A DNA stretch of 61,930 nt, taken from the IMG/VR virus record IMGVR_UViG_3300047476_000159, positions 1 through 61,930 of that record, one strand, 5' to 3'. Both the position numbers and the translations under genes were made by a program. Source of the DNA: a virus (Duplodnaviria > Caudoviricetes). The notes beneath the pieces are model-generated. The model saw only the letters and a list, made by a program, of their open reading frames with translations, was not told where the DNA came from and ran no database searches. How positions within the stretch are numbered: position 1 is the stretch's first letter; every line of letters starts with the position of its first letter. Below, piece after piece: positions 29,254 through 40,372 of this stretch.

Positions 29254-30193
29254 TATGGTAGATGTAGCTGATTTGGATTGTATCTATTTGAGCTATGATG
29301 AACCACAAAAAGAAGAATTTTGGTTAAAAATCAAAAACATAGTCCCATGGGCGAAACGTGTTGATGGCGTTAAAGGTAGTGACGCGGCACACAAAGCAGC
29401 CGGAGAAGCGAGTGACACTGAACGTTTCATTCTTATCGACGGGGACAACATGCCCGATGAATCGTTCTTTAATATTCAATTAGACTTTACAGATAAAGAC
29501 CCTAAATATAAATTAGCACAGTTTCGTTGGAAAGCAGTAAATGCTATCAATGGCTTACGCTACGGCAATGGTGGCATGAGTTCATGGACAAAATCTTATG
29601 TCGCTAACATGAAAACACATGAGAATCAAACTGAAGGTGATGCATCCCGCATCGCTGACTTCTGTTTAGATAGTTCTGATAATCTATACTGGGCTATGCA
29701 TGATTGTTATTCAACTACATATCCCAACTATACCCCGTTTCAAGCATGGCGTGCTGGATTCCGTGAAGGTGTAAAGATGTGTTTGAATCGTGGTTTAGTT
29801 CCTAAGATTGAAGAATTCAAAGAATCAGTTGCTAGTCGTAATCTTAACAATTTGACTATATGGCATAACGTAGGCGCAGATGTAGAGAATGGTATCTGGG
29901 CTATATACGGTGCTAGACTAGGAACATACATGACATTGCTTACTGAATGGGACGCACACAACGTTCAATGGTTTGACAACTACCTTGAACTATGGGACGA
30001 GTATAAAGATAGAGACCCATATACATCATCAGAATTTTTTGGTGAAGCATTACATGACAAGTTGGGCTTACCTATGTGTACATTAAGTGCTGAACAATCT
30101 AAATTCTTCAAGCGCCACTACTCTGTGAATTTTCACAACAAAGGTCCACTAATCACTGAAATGGAAGTGATACGACAGATCGAAGGTTGGTAA
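29240..30193 (+). CDS. Glycosyltransferase-like protein (GT-A, DGD motif)
   Basis: 'YLSYDEP...RVDGVKGSDAAHKAA...FILIDGDN' and 'AWRAGFREGVK'. Homologous to the C-terminal domain of 50619-55187. Confidence 0.6.
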   Translation: MNLDDMVDVADLDCIYLSYDEPQKEEFWLKIKNIVPWAKRVDGVKGSDAAHKAAGEASDTERFILIDGDNMPDESFFNIQLDFTDKDPKYKLAQFRWKAVNAINGLRYGNGGMSSWTKSYVANMKTHENQTEGDASRIADFCLDSSDNLYWAMHDCYSTTYPNYTPFQAWRAGFREGVKMCLNRGLVPKIEEFKESVASRNLNNLTIWHNVGADVENGIWAIYGARLGTYMTLLTEWDAHNVQWFDNYLELWDEYKDRDPYTSSEFFGEALHDKLGLPMCTLSAEQSKFFKRHYSVNFHNKGPLITEMEVIRQIEGW

Positions 30194-31599
30194 TGTCAGA
30201 TAGTTACGAACAAAAACGAATTAAAGATATTAGGATCAAAGTCGAAAACGAAGTTGGTCCTACATTTTGCCTTGCTAAATGGCATCATGTAACTATGTAT
30301 CTACAATCAGGTGAGACGCATAGTTGCTATCACCCGCAACCGCATAAGATACCATTGAGTGAACTTGCGGATAATCCATCGGCATTACACAATACTACAC
30401 AGAAAAAAGAAGAACGAAAATTGATGCTTGACGGTGGTAAACCTTCAGGCTGTCAGTATTGCTGGAACATTGAAGCAATGGGCCCAGACTACATCAGTGA
30501 TAGACACATACGTAATAGTTCAATCTTTACTGAGGAACGTTTCGATCAGTGTAGCAAAGGCTCATGGCAACAGAACATCAACCCTGAATACATTGAAATC
30601 AACTTTGGTAATGAATGTAATTTCAAGTGTGGATACTGTCACCCAAAGTATTCTACATCATTCTACAAAGAGATTGAGAAACATGGTCCAGTAACCACAG
30701 TAAAGAATCATCGTTGTGATATTGATTGGATGCGCTTATATCAACGTGAAGATGAAAATCCATACGTAGATGCATTCTGGAAGTGGTGGCCAGAAGTTCG
30801 CAAGACTCTAACTATCTTACGTATCACCGGTGGCGAACCCACACTACACAGTTCAACATGGAAACTACTAGAGTCGATTGATAAGGACCCTATGCCATGG
30901 CTAGAGTTGAATATCAACAGCAACTTGGGAACAAAGCCAGTTCTAATTGAACGTCTGGCCGAGAAAGTAAAGAAGCTAAGTGACGAGGGCAAGATCAAAA
31001 GTTTCAAACTATTCACGAGTATGGATACATGGGGACCACGTGCCGAATATATTCGTACTGGATTAGACTTAGATTTGTGGCAACAAAACTTTCACACGTA
31101 TCTAAAGAATACGAACAGCCCAATCACATTCATGATTACATTTAATATCTTTTCAGTGACTACATTCAAGAGTTTACTAGAGAAGTTCCTAGAATGGCGC
31201 AAAATCTATGGTTGGTACGATGATCCTGTAAACCCACAACATCGTGTGCGTTTCGATACCCCATACTTGCGTGATCCTATTCAATATGATATGAATCTTT
31301 TACCCAAAGAAGATTTCATGCCTTATATGTACGAAGCATTAGAATACATGAAGGATAACACAGACGACAAACGCAGTGACGCATTTAGTTCAATGGAATA
31401 CGAGAAGTTTAAGCGTGTAGTAGATTACATGGCAGAAACAAATTATTCCGAAGAAAAGCTAATTCAAGGTCGCCGCGATTTTTATAACTGGTTCAACGAA
31501 TTAGACGAAAGACGAGATGCGGACATGCTTAGTGTGTTCCCTGAATATACTAAGTTCTATCGCTTGTGCCAAGAAGTAAACATACTAAACCCATTATGA
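30193..31599 (+). CDS. Radical SAM protein with an N-terminal twitch/SPASM-like Cys domain
   Basis: CNFKCGYC, GGEP and N-terminal C-x-x-K-W...SCYH...CQYC. Start at a TAATG overlap. Confidence 0.9.
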   Translation: MSDSYEQKRIKDIRIKVENEVGPTFCLAKWHHVTMYLQSGETHSCYHPQPHKIPLSELADNPSALHNTTQKKEERKLMLDGGKPSGCQYCWNIEAMGPDYISDRHIRNSSIFTEERFDQCSKGSWQQNINPEYIEINFGNECNFKCGYCHPKYSTSFYKEIEKHGPVTTVKNHRCDIDWMRLYQREDENPYVDAFWKWWPEVRKTLTILRITGGEPTLHSSTWKLLESIDKDPMPWLELNINSNLGTKPVLIERLAEKVKKLSDEGKIKSFKLFTSMDTWGPRAEYIRTGLDLDLWQQNFHTYLKNTNSPITFMITFNIFSVTTFKSLLEKFLEWRKIYGWYDDPVNPQHRVRFDTPYLRDPIQYDMNLLPKEDFMPYMYEALEYMKDNTDDKRSDAFSSMEYEKFKRVVDYMAETNYSEEKLIQGRRDFYNWFNELDERRDADMLSVFPEYTKFYRLCQEVNILNPL

Positions 31600-32831
31600 T
31601 AATTACACCTGAAAAAAAGAATGAACTTCTAAATGAAAGTAAATCTTTCTGTATGGTGCCATGGGTCCATACGCACATCACACCATTGGGTGTAGCTTTA
31701 CCTTGTTGTATCGGTAATCAGCGTCATCCGGTGGGTAACGCAAACGATAGCTCGTTGTTAGAGCTAGTAAACTCAGAAGGCATGTGTGACCTGCGCCGTG
31801 ATATGTTAGATGGGGAAATGAATCCTGCTTGTTCGGCTTGTCACCGACATGAAGAACAAGGTATCAGTTCATTCCGTACTACTAGTAATGAAATGTTCAA
31901 GCAATATTTCGATGAGTCAATGACTCATACTGACATAAGTGGTAAAATAGTCAACTTCAAAATGCGTTACTTTGATATTCGGTTGAGTAATATTTGTAAC
32001 ATGAAATGCCGTACGTGTAACAGCCACTACAGTAGCTTATGGGAACAAGAAGATGCTAAACAAGGTAGAAAAGTAATCAGTATCGAAAAAGAAAAACGGT
32101 CTGACTATCTAAAACAAATACTACAGCATGTACCATATATTGACATGGCATACTTTGCCGGTGGCGAACCCTTCATCACAGAGGAACATTATTCTATATT
32201 AGAAGAAATGATTCGCCAAAACAGAACGGACGTTGTGTTGAGATATAACACTAATCTTAGCACACTGAAATTTAAAGACAAAGACTTATTGAGCTTGTGG
32301 AAACACTTTACTAAAGGTGTGGAAGTTTATGCTAGTATAGATCATTATGGCGAACGTGCGGAGTATATTCGCCACGGTACTGACTGGGGACAGATTGAAA
32401 CTAATTTCGAATTGTTGAGAAAAAATCAGGATATACAACTTCACATCAATTCTGTATTGAGTATATACAACTACGAAACTTTCGGGGATTTTTATCAATA
32501 TCTTTTAGATAAACAATGGTACGACCCCAACACCCCGATCTACACTGTTTATAATATGATATCACCAGTACACATTGCGGCTCTAGCATTGCCTGAACAT
32601 CATAAAGTAAGAGGCAAAGAGAATATCCAACGAGCAGTAGACAGAATGGTGTCGCTTGGTTTTACTAACCAAGTCACGCAGTTAACTGATGCTATGAATT
32701 GGGTGACTAGTGACAATACATGGGAGCAACACAAAGATTTGTTCCGTGAAGAAGTTGCTAGACTAGATAGTATTCGTGGTGAGAGTTTTGTGAAAGTATT
32801 CCCTGAATTAGCGGACTTATTAAATGACTAA
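31596..32831 (+). CDS. Radical SAM protein with an N-terminal twitch/SPASM-like domain
   Basis: CNMKCRTC, GGEP and N-terminal CMVPW...PCC...CSAC. Start at an ATGA overlap. Confidence 0.9.
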   Translation: MIITPEKKNELLNESKSFCMVPWVHTHITPLGVALPCCIGNQRHPVGNANDSSLLELVNSEGMCDLRRDMLDGEMNPACSACHRHEEQGISSFRTTSNEMFKQYFDESMTHTDISGKIVNFKMRYFDIRLSNICNMKCRTCNSHYSSLWEQEDAKQGRKVISIEKEKRSDYLKQILQHVPYIDMAYFAGGEPFITEEHYSILEEMIRQNRTDVVLRYNTNLSTLKFKDKDLLSLWKHFTKGVEVYASIDHYGERAEYIRHGTDWGQIETNFELLRKNQDIQLHINSVLSIYNYETFGDFYQYLLDKQWYDPNTPIYTVYNMISPVHIAALALPEHHKVRGKENIQRAVDRMVSLGFTNQVTQLTDAMNWVTSDNTWEQHKDLFREEVARLDSIRGESFVKVFPELADLLND

Positions 32832-34032
32832 AAAAGAAATAAACAAGGATGTTATTTGCCTGATGCCATGGATACACATGCACATATGGCCTAATGGAAA
32901 TACTTTTCCCTGCTGTATGAGTGACACCGACCATGTGTTTGGCAATGTCCATAAAGAAAAAATTGTTGAATTGATAAACAATGATGCGTATAAAAAGATA
33001 CGCACACAAATGTTGAACGGTGAAAAGCCAGAAGCATGCCAACGATGTTATGAATTAGAAACAAGTGCTGATAGCTGGACATTACGCAAGAATAGTCTAA
33101 CTAGTTTCAAACACCACATGCCTTTAATCGAACAGACTAATGAAGACGGTTCAATCAATGATTTTAAAATGCGTTACATGGATATTAGATTTAGTAATCT
33201 CTGTAACATGCGTTGTAGAACATGCGGGCCCGAGTTGAGCAGTTCATGGTATGATGACCAAGTCAAGATGTTCCCTGATTATGATCGTCCTAAGTTTATT
33301 GACTTAAAGACTAATCCTAACTTTATGGATGATCTAAAACCACATTTAGATACAATCGAAGAAGTATATTTCGCTGGTGGTGAAGCACTCATTACACCGC
33401 AACATTATGAAATACTAGACTACTGGTTAGAAACTGGAAAGACTGACGTTAAGTTGCGCTACACTTCTAACTTTAGTGGATTGAAATACAAAGATAAAAG
33501 CATTCTTGATTATTGGAAATACTTTAAAGACGTTAGAGTAGCTGCCAGTTTAGATACATTCGGTGAGAAGGCAGAGTACGCACGTAAAGGAACTGATTGG
33601 GAACGCATTGTTGCTAACAGAAAAACAATGATTGAGCATTGCCCAAATGTATACTTTGAAATCACTCCAACTGTCAGTATTTTCAGCGTACACAGCTTAT
33701 ATGAATTTCATCGTTCATGGGTAGAAGAAGGTCTATTAGATATCAATAACATACGGGTCAACATTCTGACACATCCTAGATATTTTTCAATAACTTTGTT
33801 ACCAGAAGAGTACAAACAACGCCTTCAAGGGTTGTATAATGTATACATCCAATGGCTAACTGACAACAAAGCACAACCTCATGTTATTCATGCTGTAAAA
33901 GGCATAGTAGACTACATGAATAGTGCGGATCATAGTCATCTTATACCCGAATTCAAATTACAAATACAAACCATAGATCAAGTACGAAACGAAAGATTCG
34001 CTGATATATACCCTGAATTAGAGAACATATGA
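32824..34032 (+). CDS. Radical SAM protein with an N-terminal twitch/SPASM-like domain
   Basis: CNMRCRTC, GGEA and N-terminal CLMPW...PCC...CQRC. Confidence 0.9.
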   Translation: MTKKEINKDVICLMPWIHMHIWPNGNTFPCCMSDTDHVFGNVHKEKIVELINNDAYKKIRTQMLNGEKPEACQRCYELETSADSWTLRKNSLTSFKHHMPLIEQTNEDGSINDFKMRYMDIRFSNLCNMRCRTCGPELSSSWYDDQVKMFPDYDRPKFIDLKTNPNFMDDLKPHLDTIEEVYFAGGEALITPQHYEILDYWLETGKTDVKLRYTSNFSGLKYKDKSILDYWKYFKDVRVAASLDTFGEKAEYARKGTDWERIVANRKTMIEHCPNVYFEITPTVSIFSVHSLYEFHRSWVEEGLLDINNIRVNILTHPRYFSITLLPEEYKQRLQGLYNVYIQWLTDNKAQPHVIHAVKGIVDYMNSADHSHLIPEFKLQIQTIDQVRNERFADIYPELENI

Positions 34033-35405
34033 ACAACGACAATATCCCAGATCACATCAAATACGCAGTACCGGAAGTACCTGCTAGTGTAGCAAAGAAC
34101 AAAAGAATCGATTGGCTAGCGTATAAGCTAAAGAATTTTTGTTTGTTACCGTGGCTTAACTTGAATACTAATCCTAATGGTTTTATTAAGTTATGCTGTA
34201 ACATTCAAGTAGATCATTACGTTGCGAAAGACGGTAAGCCATTCAACATGGGATACCATGACATTGAAGAAATATGGAATAGCGCATACATGGACAATGT
34301 ACGCAGACTACATAGACAAAACAATGGTTCAGGAGAGTGCACTGAATGCTATAAGATAGAGAGAATTTCAGGGCATAGTCCTCGCATGGGTCAAAACGTA
34401 ATGTGGTTAGGAAAGAAAGAACAGGATGAAGAATTGTCTGATTTCTTAGCTAATGTATCGCAAGAAGAATTGTATGCTTACTTAGATCAATTACCAGTGA
34501 GCCTAGAGTTGCGTCTCGGTAACAAATGTAATTTGAAATGTATTACATGCTGGGGTATGAGCAGTTCATTGGTTCAAACTGAACGTCTTGACATAATCAA
34601 CAAAGGTACATTAAAAGAATACAATCTAAATTGGTTAGATCACAAGTGGAGAGAAGAAACTGAAGTTGTAGAAAAAACAGAGCTTACCGAATGGTATGAA
34701 ACTGACATGTTCTATGAGAACTTTAGAAAAATGGCACCTCGTTTGAAGCGTTTGTATACCACAGGAGGTGAACCCACTGTTATCAAAGCTAACTATCGAG
34801 CACTTGAGATGTTGCTTGAAGCAGGCAATAAAACTTGTTCTATCGAATTTACTAGTAATATGACAACATGGAACCCTAAGTTCTATGATGCGTTGAGTCA
34901 ATTTGAAAACGTAGAAATTCAGATGAGTATTGACGGTGTTGATGAGGTCGGAGAGTACATTAGATACCCTAGCGACTTTTCTACAGTCAGAGAAAACATC
35001 TTTAAAGCAGTTGAAATGGCTAGCAAGAATCCTAAATGGAGAATCAAGAGCTATACTGTATTACAGGCTTTGAATTACAAAGAATTGACTCCTGTATGGG
35101 ACTTGATTAACGAAGCCGCAACAAAGTATGACAAACACATTGATTGGTGGCCAATCACATTGTCCAGTCCGGCTCATTTGTCGTTATCAACTGTTCCATT
35201 AGAAGAACGTTTAGAATACTTACCAACAGCATTGGAGTACGCAAAGAACTTTGATAACCCTTCAAAGCCATTCTGCTTGAGTAAAGATACAATTGAAACT
35301 TATACTGACAGCTTGCGCAACATTCCTTTTGATGCGTCACTACAAAAGCGTTTCAACGACTACATAAAGTTTTTGGATGATTTCAGAAAGAATAACAATG
35401 GATAA
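34029..35405 (+). CDS. Radical SAM protein with an N-terminal twitch/SPASM-like domain
   Basis: CNLKCITC, GGEP and CLLPW...LCC...CTEC. Confidence 0.9.
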   Translation: MNNDNIPDHIKYAVPEVPASVAKNKRIDWLAYKLKNFCLLPWLNLNTNPNGFIKLCCNIQVDHYVAKDGKPFNMGYHDIEEIWNSAYMDNVRRLHRQNNGSGECTECYKIERISGHSPRMGQNVMWLGKKEQDEELSDFLANVSQEELYAYLDQLPVSLELRLGNKCNLKCITCWGMSSSLVQTERLDIINKGTLKEYNLNWLDHKWREETEVVEKTELTEWYETDMFYENFRKMAPRLKRLYTTGGEPTVIKANYRALEMLLEAGNKTCSIEFTSNMTTWNPKFYDALSQFENVEIQMSIDGVDEVGEYIRYPSDFSTVRENIFKAVEMASKNPKWRIKSYTVLQALNYKELTPVWDLINEAATKYDKHIDWWPITLSSPAHLSLSTVPLEERLEYLPTALEYAKNFDNPSKPFCLSKDTIETYTDSLRNIPFDASLQKRFNDYIKFLDDFRKNNNG

Positions 35406-36375
35406 ACTTATTGAAATCAAGCCCATGTATGAGCCATATGTTAACATCACGTGGCAAGTAAATGACTTTTGTAACTTTAAGTGTAAGTACTGTAACCCGG
35501 GTAATTGGGCAGGCCTAGGCGAGAAGCATGATACTCCAGAAGATTTTAATGCCATTATTAATAACATGGAGAAAATTATTAGTCACTATGAGAGCAAAGG
35601 TACAAAGGGATACAAGTTCTTCTTTAGTGGCGGCGAACCTACAGTTTGGGAACACCTTATCCCACTCATTGAGTGGTTGAAGAAACGCATAGATGATCCT
35701 CATATTGCTATCAACACTAATCTAAGTAGAAGCACAAAATGGTGGCAAGAACATTATCATTTGTTTCATGATGTAGTTGCTAGCTTTCATATTGACTTTG
35801 CTAACAAAGACAGGTATCTCACTAACTTAGAATTCTTACAAGATAAAGTTAATTATCTATGTAGCAGAATGATGATGCAGGAAGATAGGTTCGATGAAGT
35901 AGTTAATTTCGGTGAACACGTAATGTCTACGTTGAAAAACTACAACTTAGAATGGGTTCCTTTGTTCACTACAATATCAACCGACGTAGCACCATGGGAT
36001 TATTCTGAACCTAGAATGCATGAGTTTTTCAAGACGCATACGTTTGAATCAAAAACTACCATTCAGAAACCTAGCGGAAGCAAATGGAAATGTGTGAGTA
36101 AAGAAGTCTACGCCTCAGGCAATGAAATGCCGTTGAATGGTAATCGAATTGTAGCAGAGCGTAGAAACTTCTTTAATGGCTGGACATGTAACGTAGACGA
36201 ATCATTGTTCATCAACAGCGCTGGTACTACTACTGCCGCCAGCTGTGGACAAGGTCCTAGTCTAGGAAATATATATAACAACATACAACTATTGTCTAAT
36301 CCAGTTGTATGTAGAAAATTACAATGTACTTGTGGTACTGATATTATTATAACTAAGAAAGCACCAAATGTCTGA
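35398..36375 (+). CDS. Radical SAM protein with a C-terminal Cys-rich (twitch-like) domain
   Basis: N-terminal CNFKCKYC, GGEP and C-terminal WTC...SC...C-x-x-x-x-C-T-C. Start placed at the ATG at 35398. Confidence 0.9.
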   Translation: MDKLIEIKPMYEPYVNITWQVNDFCNFKCKYCNPGNWAGLGEKHDTPEDFNAIINNMEKIISHYESKGTKGYKFFFSGGEPTVWEHLIPLIEWLKKRIDDPHIAINTNLSRSTKWWQEHYHLFHDVVASFHIDFANKDRYLTNLEFLQDKVNYLCSRMMMQEDRFDEVVNFGEHVMSTLKNYNLEWVPLFTTISTDVAPWDYSEPRMHEFFKTHTFESKTTIQKPSGSKWKCVSKEVYASGNEMPLNGNRIVAERRNFFNGWTCNVDESLFINSAGTTTAASCGQGPSLGNIYNNIQLLSNPVVCRKLQCTCGTDIIITKKAPNV

Positions 36376-37627
36376 CGAAAAAGACTTATATTGTTCATTA
36401 GCATCTAACTCAATTAGCTTCGGTCCTCACGGCGGCAGTAGACCATGTTGTGCTGTAGATACATACTTTTGGTCTGAGATTAAAAATAGATTCCCGCAGT
36501 TTGACAACAAAGTTGTGCGCTGGTTCAATAACAAAGACATAGTTAAACTGCGTACTGATTTGTTGAACAACAAATGGAATCCTATTTGTAATATGTGCAG
36601 GACTAGAGAACAGCACGGGCAACCTAGTACTAGGCAAATCTTCAATCACACGTTAGGAAAGATTGAAGAAGAAACCGGTCGCAGTTGGAGAACAGACACA
36701 GCAGTAATTCCTAGCTTAGATAATATATTTTTGCTGGATATTACAGTAGGTAACAAGTGTAATAGTGCTTGTTTAATGTGTAATGGTTCTGCTAGTTCAC
36801 TATGGGCAAAAGAGCAAGAAGATATTACCGGCTTTAAATGGGAAGGTCCTGATCTCAATTGGTTCAGTGAAGAACATATACCTGAATTAATTGACCACTT
36901 GCCGAATTTAAAAGCAATACAGTTTGCAGGTGGCGAACCTACAATCAGTGATCCACATACGTTTTTATTAAAGCGTTTGATTGAACAAGGCCGATCTAAA
37001 GATATTACACTAGGATATGTCACTAACTTAACAGGAGTCAGTGACGAGTTGTTAGACTTGTGGGATCAATTTAGCACTAAACACATTACAGTTAGTATCG
37101 ATGGTGTCGGTAAAGTTAATGAGTATCAACGTTACCCCTTCACATGGAAAAAGGTAGTCAATCAACTTGAACAAGTAAAATCCATTTCTAAAGAGAAGGG
37201 AAATTATAATATCGGGTTAAGTCATACTGTTACCTCTTTGAATATACTAAACTTCGGTGAACTCGTTAAATGGTGGGAAACACAAGTTAATGATGGTTGT
37301 GGTATTTTGACCAGTCTGCCACACGTTCAATGTGTAACTAATCCGGCTTATCTAGATCCAGTATATATGCCTAAAGAAATGAAACAAGATGTACGCACGA
37401 TGTTAGATGACTTGGAGCAATACCTAGAAGCAAATAATTTAAAGTCTAAATACATTTCGGCAATAGATAATATTAGAACCAATGTGTTAGATAAAGAAGT
37501 TGACGAACTAGTTCGAACAGAACAGTGGAATAACCTAAGAAATTTCATCGAGCCGTTAGATTCATACAGAAACAGAAACATTATCGACTATTTGCCATAT
37601 ATGGAAAAGTATTGGAAGTTTGAATGA
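36368..37627 (+). CDS. Radical SAM protein with an N-terminal twitch/SPASM-like domain
   Basis: CNSACLMC, GGEP and N-terminal C...PCC...CNMC. Confidence 0.9.
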   Translation: MSDEKDLYCSLASNSISFGPHGGSRPCCAVDTYFWSEIKNRFPQFDNKVVRWFNNKDIVKLRTDLLNNKWNPICNMCRTREQHGQPSTRQIFNHTLGKIEEETGRSWRTDTAVIPSLDNIFLLDITVGNKCNSACLMCNGSASSLWAKEQEDITGFKWEGPDLNWFSEEHIPELIDHLPNLKAIQFAGGEPTISDPHTFLLKRLIEQGRSKDITLGYVTNLTGVSDELLDLWDQFSTKHITVSIDGVGKVNEYQRYPFTWKKVVNQLEQVKSISKEKGNYNIGLSHTVTSLNILNFGELVKWWETQVNDGCGILTSLPHVQCVTNPAYLDPVYMPKEMKQDVRTMLDDLEQYLEANNLKSKYISAIDNIRTNVLDKEVDELVRTEQWNNLRNFIEPLDSYRNRNIIDYLPYMEKYWKFE

Positions 37628-38325
37628 AAATAGTTGGATTTGGTGACAGCTTTATAGTGTGCGGCGATGGAACACTCAATACTTACTTAGACAAAGCGGC
37701 AGAGAAATTGAATGCTACCGTTGATTACAGGGGTGAGTCAGGAACCGGCCCTTGGCAAGCATTTATTAATTTTTATAATTACCCGCATAAAAAGGATGTC
37801 GATGTAGTTGTATTTGCTTGGTCGAATAAAGCAAGATTGTATCACCCATCAGTGAAACCTATATGCCCTACTACAGTTGATGATCCGGATTTAGTTGAAG
37901 GATATCAACAAAATAAATCAGTATGGAAAGCAGCCAAGCAATATTATTCATATCTATATGACGATCAAAAAACAACATTTGAAATTAAAGGTATGTGTCA
38001 TTTAATAGATGAAATGTCTCTTGTTTATCCAAATATAAAGTTTATTCACATGTTTTGCTATGCTGACAACAGGACACCCGGCTATTCTATGTATGAGAAA
38101 AACAATGTAGACAAACTAGAATATATCCATACATTCAAAAATGGTATTAATGTTAGACCGGCTCTAATGACACTATCATATAACGATCAATGGCCCACAG
38201 ATTTTCGAAAAGAAAAAAGAGCATGTCACATGACAGATAAAATGCATGATGTACTATCGGAATCAATATATAAAGCCATAACTGACTATAAGCCGGGCGA
38301 AATTATAAACACTAAATTACCATGA
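37624..38325 (+). CDS. SGNH/GDSL-like protein (possible acyl transferase/esterase)
   Basis: N-terminal 'VGFGDSF', central 'FAWSNKAR' and a C-terminal 'CHM' His. Confidence 0.55.
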   Translation: MKIVGFGDSFIVCGDGTLNTYLDKAAEKLNATVDYRGESGTGPWQAFINFYNYPHKKDVDVVVFAWSNKARLYHPSVKPICPTTVDDPDLVEGYQQNKSVWKAAKQYYSYLYDDQKTTFEIKGMCHLIDEMSLVYPNIKFIHMFCYADNRTPGYSMYEKNNVDKLEYIHTFKNGINVRPALMTLSYNDQWPTDFRKEKRACHMTDKMHDVLSESIYKAITDYKPGEIINTKLP

Positions 38326-39530
38326 CTATATTAAACAGAGAAAGATACCCTTACATTGTAACTCAGATTCCCGGAGTCCACCGACCATCCGGGATTGAAT
38401 ACAGAGACACCGCTTTTGTTTGGTCTGCTAGAAATTTCAACGACGGAAATGATTATTGGTATTGTGAAATATTCCATGGCGATGCGTTTGCTGTGTTTGA
38501 TATTAACACGATCATTCCACCTAACATTTTACATAGAATAAAATCAGATCAAAAAACGTTTTTATATATCTGTAATAGTCACGAAGCCTTTTTAGATATT
38601 GTAAAGCCATTATACGAAACACTAGTGTTCAAAGAGAACATACCACCTAATAAGATATTCATCTCTAATGAAGCGGCAGACTTACATGTAGAAGTTAAAA
38701 AATATGCTGATTCTAAAAATGTAGGTTATATGAATGTAGAATGGATACTAGAGTTTGAAGCCGCAATGGGTATTGAATCAGTGGCACAACGATTACCTCA
38801 AGTATCAGTGTTAGATGAAAATAGAACGTATACGAAAAGATTTTTGAATTTTAATCGCAGATGGAGACTTCATAGACCGGCATTAGTAGCATTAATGAAA
38901 GCATTAAACATTTTAGACAAGGGATATGTAAGTTTAGGTGATAGTGATGATAATGAAAACTGGCAAAAAGTATTCCCTTACATAAAAAATCATCATGCGT
39001 CACATCCTGAATTGTCATCACTATATCAAAATGCTGAACAGGATATTATGAATCTTCCACCTTTGTATCTGGATTTCACGGACTTAAAAACTAATAGACC
39101 TCACATTGAACCAGAAACAAAATACCTATATGATGAAACGTTATTCAGTGTAGTTAATGAAACTACATTCTACACTGATTGGTGGTTTAATTCTGCTAGA
39201 TTTCTAAGCGAAAAAACGTTCAAGCCAGTGGCATATGGACATCCGTTTATATTAGTTAGTGTGTCCAATTCACTAGCATTGTTCCGAGAACTCGGATATA
39301 AGTCATTCCATCCATTTATCGATGAATCATATGATACTGAACTGAATGATTTTGAAAGACTATTAAAAATTGGAAAAGAAATTAAACGTCTAGCAGAGAT
39401 GAATGACGAGCAAGTAAAAGAATTCATTCGAAATATAAAACCAATCGCAGAGTTTAATCAAAAGGTCTTAGTATCTAAGACACAAGATAGAAGAACAATG
39501 CATCAACATATAACACACAAAACATTATGA
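38322..39530 (+). CDS. Putative glycosyltransferase (GT-B/GT10-like C-terminal motif)
   Basis: 'FLNFNRRWRLHR' and 'FSVVNET...FLSEKTFKPVAYGHPF...LGYKSF...DESYD'. The S-E-K motif resembles the GT10 alpha-1,3-fucosyltransferase motif. Confidence 0.5.
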   Translation: MTILNRERYPYIVTQIPGVHRPSGIEYRDTAFVWSARNFNDGNDYWYCEIFHGDAFAVFDINTIIPPNILHRIKSDQKTFLYICNSHEAFLDIVKPLYETLVFKENIPPNKIFISNEAADLHVEVKKYADSKNVGYMNVEWILEFEAAMGIESVAQRLPQVSVLDENRTYTKRFLNFNRRWRLHRPALVALMKALNILDKGYVSLGDSDDNENWQKVFPYIKNHHASHPELSSLYQNAEQDIMNLPPLYLDFTDLKTNRPHIEPETKYLYDETLFSVVNETTFYTDWWFNSARFLSEKTFKPVAYGHPFILVSVSNSLALFRELGYKSFHPFIDESYDTELNDFERLLKIGKEIKRLAEMNDEQVKEFIRNIKPIAEFNQKVLVSKTQDRRTMHQHITHKTL

Positions 39531-40345
39531 TTTTAGAACCAAACGCAATAGATTATTCAAAAATTAAACGAGTGTTTGTATTCGGTTGTAGTTTCACTGG
39601 ATACAAATGGCCTACTTGGGCTGATGTATTACGAACTCAAATGCCCAACGCAGAGTATTATAATGTAGGACGTAGTGGAGCGGGTAATACATATATTGCT
39701 TCAAACTATTCAGCTTATGACAAAAAATATAAGTTTAATGAGTTTGACTTGATATTAGTTATGTGGTCTACATTTATGCGTGAGGATAAGTACATTAAAA
39801 AATGTTGGATAACGCCCGGTAATATCTTTACACAAGGTATATACCCCGAAGAATACGTAGAGAAATACTCAGATACCCGCGGATATTTAATTAGAGATTT
39901 AGCCTTAATAGATTTAACAACACAGGCAATGGAAAGTTCTACAGCGTCCTGTATTAACTTAATGAGCGTACCTGCCGACCACCAGGCACTAGAAGATAAT
40001 AGTGATGTGCTATCACTGTATTCTGACTTAATAAATAAGTTTCCTAAAACATTACTTGAAATAATGGGTGGACAATGGATATTTGGGCACAAATATTATG
40101 ATCCTCATTATGATAAATCTATTAAGAAAAAAACAATAGCAGATAATCCAGAACCAAACTTTGAAGATTATCACCCAAATACTCGGGACTATTACAATTA
40201 CCTCAATAAGCTAGGTTTTGTGTTAAACAACAACGCACATAAGTTTGCGGAAGACTCATACAACACCTATCTGAGTAGAAAACATGTTGAACAATTCAAC
40301 TATATTAACGAGGTTAATAGCTACAAGTCAATGGAAATATTGTGA
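39527..40345 (+). CDS. SGNH-like protein
   Basis: 'FGCSFT...WPTWAD', 'GRSGAGN', 'MWSTFMRED' and a C-terminal 'DYHP'. Confidence 0.55.
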   Translation: MILEPNAIDYSKIKRVFVFGCSFTGYKWPTWADVLRTQMPNAEYYNVGRSGAGNTYIASNYSAYDKKYKFNEFDLILVMWSTFMREDKYIKKCWITPGNIFTQGIYPEEYVEKYSDTRGYLIRDLALIDLTTQAMESSTASCINLMSVPADHQALEDNSDVLSLYSDLINKFPKTLLEIMGGQWIFGHKYYDPHYDKSIKKKTIADNPEPNFEDYHPNTRDYYNYLNKLGFVLNNNAHKFAEDSYNTYLSRKHVEQFNYINEVNSYKSMEIL

Positions 40346-40372
40346 TTACCAAAAGCACTAGTAAATAAACAC

